DNA of 64,000 bases from assembly GCA_963666275.2 (NCBI GenBank), contig CAXXOA010000002.1, positions 1,376,001 through 1,440,000 on the forward strand, read 5' to 3'. Shown piece after piece: positions 57,148 through 64,000 of this stretch (the stretch's first letter is position 1; each line of letters opens with the position of its first letter). Below the pieces are notes generated by a model. It had not been told where the DNA came from and searched no databases. It saw only the letters and a list, made by a program, of their open reading frames with translations. Source of the DNA: Oceanispirochaeta sp. (GTDB lineage: Bacteria; Spirochaetota; Spirochaetia; DSM-2461). Made by a program: the position numbers and the translations under genes.

Positions 57148-60105
57148 TCAGCCCCGGATCGTTGTGAGATAGCGCCTTTCTATTTCTGAAATACCGGCGG
57201 AAAGCTTTTGAATATAATCGCCAATTATATGCGCATCATAGTCAGAAATACCCCCGGTAAAAAAATCCTTCCTTTTGATGAAATGTTCAATGTACAGCGC
57301 CGTATCAGCCAGCTCCGGCAGTCCCAGATTGAGAGCGCCTCCTTTTATGGCGTGGACTTTCCGGTGAAGAGAGGAGAAATCCTCTGAGCGGAGATCCTCA
57401 TTCAGGCTCTTCAGATCCTTACGGCAGTTTTCAAGGAAACCCAGGAATATATCAATTCCGTCCTGTCTTTTCTCAAATTGACCGAGGAAATCTTCCAGGC
57501 GGTAAGTCCTGCTGCTTTCCGGCTTCTCTCCCGCGTCCTCCAGAGAGTCCGGGTTCAGTATGGCTGCCACCTGATAGGATATGGCATTCAGCTGAACCGG
57601 CTTGTAGATAATTCCCCGGATGTTGCCCTCTATTCTGCCTTTTGCTTCATGCTCAAATCCGCCGGCAGTGAGCATAAGAACGGGCGTGGTGTCATTGCGG
57701 GGACATTTGGCTTCAATTTTTTCAACTGTATCGAAACCGTTGAGCATGGGCATATGAATATCCATGAGTATCAGATCAAATTTCTTCTGGCTGCAGAGAG
57801 AGACCGCTTTGTATCCGTCTTCGGCCAGGCTTGTTGTGTACCCCAGTGACTGCAGATGGGTGGAGGTTATCTCCCTGTTGGTCTGATAGTCATCCACAAT
57901 CAGGATTTCCCCGCTTCCGTGGATGAGAGACTGAGGCTCATTGTCAGGGAGCATTTCCCGGCTTGAAATTTCAAAGGGCAAATTGAACCAGAAAATACTC
58001 CCCCTGGGGGTATTGGGGGTGTAGCCGATCTCTCCTCCCATAAGCTCCACAAGCTTTTTGGATATGGTTGTTCCCAGTCCGGTTCCGTCATGGCTCCTTG
58101 AGTTGCTGTGGTCTACCTGATAGAAAGGTTTGAATATCATTTCGGCTTTGGACGCTGAAATTCCTACGCCGGTGTCCTGAATTTCAAAACCGATCAGAAT
58201 TGTATTCTCTATGGGAGATGTTACAGGGCCGATGACAATTTTCACCCCGCCTTTGTTGGTGAATTTCTGGGCATTGTTGGTCAGATTCAGCAGGACCTGT
58301 CTGAGCCTGTGGGGATCGCCGATAACCACATCGGGAAGGTTTTTGTGCATGATCAGGTCATAATTCAGGCCTTTTTCCCTGATTAAAACCTGCTGGCCCG
58401 CCAGGCTGTCCTGTATGGTGTCGGTCAGGACAAAGGGAAAGGATTCTATCTCATAATTGCCCGACTCAATCCGGGACAGGTTCAGCACATCCGATATCAG
58501 ATTGAGAAGGTGACCCGATTCGGCCAGGATCTTCTGGTTGTATTTTTTCTGAAGCAGGGGGTCTTCTGTTTTGTTGATCAGTTCGGCAAAACCGATAATC
58601 CCTCCCAGAGGGGTTCTCAGTTCGTGACTGATATTTGCAAGGAACCGGGACTTTGCCGAATTGGCAAATTCCGCCAGGGTCATGGCTTTCTGAAGTTCCT
58701 TGGTCCTCTCCTCAACCTCATGCTCCAGATAACGGTTTTCATTCTCCAGCCGGTCCCGTAGGATCTGATCGCTGATCTCTTTCTGGGTTTTATACCGGAC
58801 GATATCCTGACCTACAGCGGCTGCCAGGACGGTACACTGGATAAAATCCGTAATATAGCGGATGGACAGACAGGGGATAAAATTCTGGATAAAACTGTAA
58901 ACAGGGTAGGCCAGGGTAAAGAGGATCTCAAAAAGGAAGAATGGGGAAAACGCTATGATATACAGCTTGGCGGACTTGTTCCCCTTCGCCAGGGCAAAGG
59001 AGATGTACTGGTAGACCATAATCATATTGATACCCACCATTATGGTAATGATGACCTGATTATAAATATGGGGAAGATGGATCAGACCGCTGAGAACAGC
59101 CCAGATCAGATAAATCACATACAGATAGTTTGTAATCCTGTTCAGATGGGATATTTTCCGGGTATCGTAGCGGTTGACCAGGGTCTTTCTTATAAAATGG
59201 AGCCCCGAAATCTGTAATCCCGCCAGAACTAGGGAGTAGATAAGGTTTTCCAGGTAGAACATGCCCGCCCAGTACTTCCAGAGGCTGATCTGGGTGGTGA
59301 GCATTCTGTTTATCATAAGAAAGAACATGAAAAGGATGTAATAGTAGTACTTTTCTTCCTGGGTTATGATGTAGAGGATGATATGAAAAACAAGGATAGC
59401 CAGGAAAAATCCGATGAACAGCCCCTGAGAATGGAACCGCAGTGAGGATTCATTGGTATAATCAGCGAATTTCATCGCTGTGAAATCCAGTTTTAACCTT
59501 CTTTTAAAACGGGTTTCCATTTTTATATAGACGGGAGAGCTAATATCCATGTTTCCGGGAAGCTGGATGAAAATTTCCGGATCATTGGAAAAAAGACGCC
59601 AGGGGGTTTCAATCCTGTGGTAGGTGAATCGGTAGTTCTGACTCTCTTCCGCAATATAAACGCTCACAATGGTGCTGTTGAACGGGGTGGTCAGGAGAAC
59701 AGGTTCCGAACCATAGATCTTCTCTACGTTCATACGGACCCAGATGGCTTTCATATCCTCATTCACGCCATCGTAATAGGAGAAGTACTTACTGGTCTTC
59801 CTTTCCTCCCATAAGGGAACAAACCGGCTGTTCCTGTCCGGAGCCAGTATATCTTCCAGTTCCAGCCTGTTTTCCGGATCCGGAAGATATTCCAGGGCCT
59901 TTCCTATCTGAAGATCCCTGTTGTCATTGTATAGAATCAGTTTCTCTTCCGGGTCAAAAGACACAAATTCAATGACAGGTTCATCCGATGTGGCTGTAAA
60001 ATCTTTGACTGAGAGGATGAGCAGGACCAGCAGGCTTAGTAACAGAATTATTGTGACAGCGGTGGTTCCCTTTAGTCTGTTAAAGGATCGGAAAAACATA
60101 ACCAT
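57148..60105 (-). CDS. Hybrid histidine kinase with 7TM-DISM-type sensor, REC and Hpt domains
   Basis: Periplasmic LEYLPDP...W.R domain, ~7 TMs (YYYYILF), SHELRTPLGG, NAQKFT, GTGLG, LMDIHMP, VHAIKGGA. Confidence 0.9.
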   Translation of the reverse strand: MVMFFRSFNRLKGTTAVTIILLLSLLVLLILSVKDFTATSDEPVIEFVSFDPEEKLILYNDNRDLQIGKALEYLPDPENRLELEDILAPDRNSRFVPLWEERKTSKYFSYYDGVNEDMKAIWVRMNVEKIYGSEPVLLTTPFNSTIVSVYIAEESQNYRFTYHRIETPWRLFSNDPEIFIQLPGNMDISSPVYIKMETRFKRRLKLDFTAMKFADYTNESSLRFHSQGLFIGFFLAILVFHIILYIITQEEKYYYYILFMFFLMINRMLTTQISLWKYWAGMFYLENLIYSLVLAGLQISGLHFIRKTLVNRYDTRKISHLNRITNYLYVIYLIWAVLSGLIHLPHIYNQVIITIMVGINMIMVYQYISFALAKGNKSAKLYIIAFSPFFLFEILFTLAYPVYSFIQNFIPCLSIRYITDFIQCTVLAAAVGQDIVRYKTQKEISDQILRDRLENENRYLEHEVEERTKELQKAMTLAEFANSAKSRFLANISHELRTPLGGIIGFAELINKTEDPLLQKKYNQKILAESGHLLNLISDVLNLSRIESGNYEIESFPFVLTDTIQDSLAGQQVLIREKGLNYDLIMHKNLPDVVIGDPHRLRQVLLNLTNNAQKFTNKGGVKIVIGPVTSPIENTILIGFEIQDTGVGISASKAEMIFKPFYQVDHSNSRSHDGTGLGTTISKKLVELMGGEIGYTPNTPRGSIFWFNLPFEISSREMLPDNEPQSLIHGSGEILIVDDYQTNREITSTHLQSLGYTTSLAEDGYKAVSLCSQKKFDLILMDIHMPMLNGFDTVEKIEAKCPRNDTTPVLMLTAGGFEHEAKGRIEGNIRGIIYKPVQLNAISYQVAAILNPDSLEDAGEKPESSRTYRLEDFLGQFEKRQDGIDIFLGFLENCRKDLKSLNEDLRSEDFSSLHRKVHAIKGGALNLGLPELADTALYIEHFIKRKDFFTGGISDYDAHIIGDYIQKLSAGISEIERRYLTTIRG

Positions 60106-60190
60106 GATTTGTTTTTCAGATTATCATAAAATCCTTAAGAGGGCACTTTATTTTGAGAAAATCTTGGGACTGTTCAATGAAATTCAGAAC

Positions 60191-60382
60191 TTATTTCGAA
60201 GGGGTGGCTTTTTCGCATTCCCTGCAGTCTCCTCTCAAATGGCAGAGGAGTCTGCCGGTTTCAGGATTATGGCAGTAGTACCGCTTCATCTGTTCCTTCA
60301 GTCTGCTGCTGACAGACTCTTTTTCAGATCCGATAAGGCTCATCACATCCAGTACTTCACAATGGGTGCAGATACAGCTCAT
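60191..60382 (-). CDS. Small Cys-rich hypothetical protein
   Basis: 63 aa, 7 Cys (CICTHC, CHLRGDCREC), GGGAGA RBS, in otherwise free intergenic space. Confidence 0.55.
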   Translation of the reverse strand: MSCICTHCEVLDVMSLIGSEKESVSSRLKEQMKRYYCHNPETGRLLCHLRGDCRECEKATPSK

Positions 60383-60625
60383 AAGGTTTCTCCCTGAAAG
60401 TAATCGGTCTTATATTTGTCTATTTCAGTATTTTTCCGGTTTGTGAAGATTTCTTGCATTTTTTATGCAGGGGCGATGTTTTTATATTGATTTCAGTGTC
60501 ATCCCGGGGAGTGGGATGATTTTTTCCTGCTTTTCCGGTTCAGGAAAATAAGAACCGGAAGAAATAGATTTTCATATTCCTCTTTTTCCTGAATCCGAAA
60601 AAGGTCAGTACTGCAACAGGATTTT

Positions 60626-60805
60626 CTACTCTTTGGGTTCCCAGTAGCAGCGTTTGGGAGACACAATTGATTCCTCTTTTTTCAGAGTTTTCATTCCCCT
60701 GTCAATCTCTTTTCTGTCGATCCCTGTAGCATCGGCGATCTGTCCGGCGCTCATAGGCTTTCCTGCTTCTTTCATGGCATTGATAATCGCTTCTGTAGTT
60801 TCCAT
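60626..60805 (-). CDS. Small winged-helix protein (59 aa)
   Basis: [66 protein letters not shown] before the ATG at 60805. Confidence 0.85.
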   Translation of the reverse strand: METTEAIINAMKEAGKPMSAGQIADATGIDRKEIDRGMKTLKKEESIVSPKRCYWEPKE

Positions 60806-60835
60806 AAATCTCTTTCCTTTGCACTGTGAAATATT

Positions 60836-60854
60836 GATAATAGTAATTATTATC
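60836..60854. promoter_or_regulatory. Fur/PerR-type box
   Basis: GATAATAGTAATTATTATC matches the classical GATAATGATAATCATTATC at 16 of 19 positions; the flanks extend the palindrome (TTGATAAT...ATTATCAA). Confidence 0.75.
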
Positions 60855-60962
60855 AAATAGTTTTATCTATGTAAACCCTAATTCAGTCCTTCGTTCAAGG
60901 AAAAGATTGTGTTCCCCGGCCAGGACAATTACAATGGGACCAGATCAATCAGGAGAACCCAA

Positions 60963-62444
60963 GTGAAATCACACCGCATCTTAATGGTCACCAGCGAGTC
61001 TGTTCCCTTTGCCAAATCAGGAGGGCTGGCGGATATGGTCGGAGCTCTTTCTGCAGAACTGAAAGAGCAGGGAGAGGATGTGAGAATCCTGATGCCCCGG
61101 TATTATTCGATCCCCAGAGAGGGGCTTGCCGATCTGGGATCTCTCTGCGTCCATATGGGATACGGCGAGGAGTGGTGTCAGGTTCTTCAGGCATTCCTTC
61201 CGGGGACGGAAGTTCCCGTCTATTTTCTGGATCATGAACACTATTACGGCCGAAACGGCATTTACGGCCCCACTCCCGGTTCCTCTTTTGATGATAATCC
61301 CCAGCGTTTCGCTCTCCTTTCGGATGCCAGCTTTCAGCTCTGCCGCCTGCTCAACTGGATCCCTGATGTTCTGCACTGTCATGACTGGGTTTCCGGTCCT
61401 GTTCCTCTTCTTCTGAAAGCCCGGGAGCGGCAGGGGGACTTTGCAGGCTCTTCCTCTGTTATGACGATCCATAACCTGGGATACCAGGGTGTGTTCGGAA
61501 AGGAAATGGCCGGAGCCCTTCCCATCCCTCTTGAAGACATAGCCTATTTCAACGGGACCCATGAGAATAATCTGAACTATCTGAAAATGGGGATAGAAAA
61601 TGCACAGATTATCTCCACTGTTTCACCCAGCTATGCCGAAGAGATAAAGGAGCCCGTAGCCGGCAATGGCCTGGACGGTTCCCTGCGGTACCGTGAGTAC
61701 GATCTGTTCGGCATCCTTAACGGTATGGATTATGCCGAATGGAATCCGGAACGGGACCAGTTTCTGGAGCCCTTCAACTATTCAGAGGAGCAGCTGGAAA
61801 AGAAAGCGGAACTGAAAAAACAGGTTCAGATGGAAGCCGGTCTCGAGGTGAATCCGGATATCCCTCTTATCGGGATGGTGAGCCGTCTTGTGGATCAGAA
61901 AGGGTTCGGAGAGCTCTGCGGACCCGGTCATGGAAAACTCTACAGTATACTGCAGGACATGAGAGTGCAGTGTATCATTGTCGGTACCGGGGAGGCCTGG
62001 TGCGAAGAGGAGCTCCGGAATCTGGATAACTCTCTGGGCAATCTTAAAACCTATATTACCTACAGCAACAGACTGGCTCATCGGGTGGAGGGGGCTTCCG
62101 ACTTTTTCCTCATGCCCAGTAAATATGAACCCTGCGGACTGAATCAGCTCTACTCTCTCCGCTACGGAACTCTTCCCATTGTCCGAAGGACAGGGGGGCT
62201 GGCCGATACGGTGGAGCAGTATAAAGAGAACACAGGGGAGGGGACAGGCTTTCTCTTTGATGAAATTTCGCCCATGTCGATCTATTACACCGTGGGCTGG
62301 GCTGTCAGTACCTGGTATGACCGACCGGCCCATATAGATAAAATGAGGAGAGAAGCCATGTCCCGGCGGTTTTCCTGGGACAAATCCGCCAAAAGGTACA
62401 GAGAGCTTTATCAGTGGTCTCTGGACAGGATAGGGCGGGGGTGA
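60963..62444 (+). CDS. glgA: Glycogen synthase
   Basis: KSGGLAD, HCHDW, TIHNLGYQG, TVSPSYA, RLVDQKG, EPCGLNQ; GTG start behind AGGAG. Confidence 0.95.
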   Translation: MKSHRILMVTSESVPFAKSGGLADMVGALSAELKEQGEDVRILMPRYYSIPREGLADLGSLCVHMGYGEEWCQVLQAFLPGTEVPVYFLDHEHYYGRNGIYGPTPGSSFDDNPQRFALLSDASFQLCRLLNWIPDVLHCHDWVSGPVPLLLKARERQGDFAGSSSVMTIHNLGYQGVFGKEMAGALPIPLEDIAYFNGTHENNLNYLKMGIENAQIISTVSPSYAEEIKEPVAGNGLDGSLRYREYDLFGILNGMDYAEWNPERDQFLEPFNYSEEQLEKKAELKKQVQMEAGLEVNPDIPLIGMVSRLVDQKGFGELCGPGHGKLYSILQDMRVQCIIVGTGEAWCEEELRNLDNSLGNLKTYITYSNRLAHRVEGASDFFLMPSKYEPCGLNQLYSLRYGTLPIVRRTGGLADTVEQYKENTGEGTGFLFDEISPMSIYYTVGWAVSTWYDRPAHIDKMRREAMSRRFSWDKSAKRYRELYQWSLDRIGRG

Positions 62445-62540
62445 TGCCCCTATGGTTTATCCAGATGAATTGGTAATCACGGATATCCTATTCTAAACTT
62501 CAAAATAAAGAAACTTTTAAAAAGAGGTCTGATTTCCGTT

Positions 62541-64000
62541 TTGAAGAAACATATAAGAAGAGCTGTTGAAAATCTCAATCTGAAGAAAATCTTTCTAAAG
62601 TGGTTCTTAATCTTTCTGTTTATTACATCAGCCTTCTCTCTGTTGGGGTACCGCCTTTATACTGTTCGGGAGAGGGAGCATGTTATCAATCAGATACAAA
62701 TTCAGGATCTTACTCTGCTTGATGTTAATCCCGGAATCATTGCAGATGAAATGGCTTCTGTGGAACAAATCCTTTTAATGATTGTTGAGTATCTGAAAAT
62801 CCATGGAGATCTGGCTTCTCCCCCGGAAGAACGTATTTTTGATATTGAATCCATGCTTATGAATGTTTCCACTGTTACCGGAATCTTTGATCAGATCCGG
62901 TACATCGACAGGACCGGACAGGAAGTTCTGCGTATCAACTACAATGAGGGAAATCCTCTGATTATTGATCATGATGAGCTCCAGAGTAAAAGCGGGCGGT
63001 ATTATTTTTCCCATTCCATAGGATTAAAAGAGGGGAATGTTTATGTCTCAGATCTTGATCTGAATGTAGAGCAGGATGAGGTGGAGATTCCCTATAAACC
63101 CATGATCCGCTTTGCTTCTCCTGTATATTTGGATGATTCTTCTGAAGCTGCGGGTGTGGTGGTTCTGAATTATCTGGCGGAAAACCTCTTTGAAAAGGTT
63201 CTTCTGAAGCGCAGAATCTCCGGTGTACATACTTTTCTCATCAATTCCCGGGGAGACTATCTGATCAATACAGAAAATCCGGAGATGGAGTTTCTATTCA
63301 TGTTTCCTGAGGAACCGCGCATTACAGCATCTTTCCAGCAGCCTGATTTATGGCAGGCTCTTAAAGAGTCTGATTCAGGGCAGCTCCTGAATGAAAAGGG
63401 GCTGTTCACATACAGCAAGCTGCACCCCCTGAAGGAAAACTGGGTTTCAAGCAGTGGATCCGGAGGGACTCCGGAAGAGCTTCTCTCTTCGGAAGAGTAT
63501 TACTGGTTCCTTGTGGACTGGCATCCCGATGGAATCCTCCAGGAAGAGATCAGGAATCATTTGATCACTGTCCGTTCAATACGGTGGTATCTGCTCCTTG
63601 CTGTTCTTGTTTTTTCTTTACTTCCGGCAAGGTTTAAAGCCCACTCTGTTGATGAAGAAAAAAAAATTAAAGAGATGGCCTACCACGACAAGTTGACAGG
63701 TCTGCAGAGCCGGGCCTACGGGCTTCAGAGACTTGTGAATGCCCTGGACAGAGCTGATAGCAAGCAGACTAAGGTGGCCGTACTTTTTGCGGATATGGAT
63801 AGATTCAAACCGGTGAATGATAAATACGGCCATGACGCCGGAGACTTTGTGCTCAAAACTATAGCCGGAAGACTATCCCGGCAGGTCAGGCCCAGTGATA
63901 CTGTTGTCCGGCTGGGGGGGGATGAGTTCCTGATCGTTCTGGAAGGTCTGACCGATTCCTCCACTGCCATGATCATCGCGAGGAGAATCGTGGAGAGCGT
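62541..64000 (+). CDS. dCache-sensor diguanylate cyclase (GGDEF), 3'-truncated by the window and absent from the ORF track
   Basis: Translated by hand: TM, IFDQIRYIDRTGQEVLRIN, LQSKSGRYYF, LDLNVE..PYKPMIRF, TM, MAYHDKLTGL, DMDRFKPVNDKYGHDAGD, RPSD I-site, RLGGDEF (GGDEF at 63915-63929). TTG start at 62541 is inferred; upstream in-frame stop at 62466. Confidence 0.9.
   Translation, partial: MKKHIRRAVENLNLKKIFLKWFLIFLFITSAFSLLGYRLYTVREREHVINQIQIQDLTLLDVNPGIIADEMASVEQILLMIVEYLKIHGDLASPPEERIFDIESMLMNVSTVTGIFDQIRYIDRTGQEVLRINYNEGNPLIIDHDELQSKSGRYYFSHSIGLKEGNVYVSDLDLNVEQDEVEIPYKPMIRFASPVYLDDSSEAAGVVVLNYLAENLFEKVLLKRRISGVHTFLINSRGDYLINTENPEMEFLFMFPEEPRITASFQQPDLWQALKESDSGQLLNEKGLFTYSKLHPLKENWVSSSGSGGTPEELLSSEEYYWFLVDWHPDGILQEEIRNHLITVRSIRWYLLLAVLVFSLLPARFKAHSVDEEKKIKEMAYHDKLTGLQSRAYGLQRLVNALDRADSKQTKVAVLFADMDRFKPVNDKYGHDAGDFVLKTIAGRLSRQVRPSDTVVRLGGDEFLIVLEGLTDSSTAMIIARRIVES

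Noticed and set aside
1..64000. tRNA, rRNA, transposase, integrase, prophage or defence-system genes
   Set aside because: None were recognised by eye in the ORFs or intergenic regions; a covariance-model scan was not possible.

Overview
A gene-dense, mostly housekeeping stretch of a bacterial chromosome. The 'FAGGQKE'-type signal peptides, eukaryote-like hexokinase and overall gene content suggest a free-living anaerobic spirochaete; this taxonomy is inferred. About 53 CDS are present: tcdA/tatD/TSUP, sbcB, a two-subunit fumarase, an RND pump with a two-component system, ltaE, rlmH, hexokinase, two hybrid kinases, an RNB nuclease, gpsA, ilvY-nrpR, a glycosyltransferase-phosphatase fusion, a WcaJ-like transferase, alkaline phosphatase with YibE/F, a molybdenum hydroxylase pair, a DAACS symporter, a CZB chemoreceptor, a TPP-riboswitch thiamine ABC operon, Rrf2-cysK-metY, glgA, and a dCache-GGDEF cyclase that runs off the right end. 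I saw no tRNA, rRNA, transposase or CRISPR-Cas. The most interesting signals are non-coding. (1) A self-contained candidate sRNA at ~16785-16959 has a near-consensus sigma70 promoter, three hairpins and two anti-Shine-Dalgarno loops. (2) A ~1.05-kb mosaic repeat array with REP-type palindromes follows sbcB. (3) A perfect 16x9-bp tandem repeat, built from half of a palindrome overlapping the promoter, fills the predicted 5' leader of Rrf2-cysK-metY. (4) A psp-type sigma54 promoter precedes a PspG-like small membrane protein. (5) A Fur-type box precedes a 59-aa winged-helix protein, and a Pho-box-like repeat precedes the alkaline phosphatase. All product calls come from motif recognition, not database searches.
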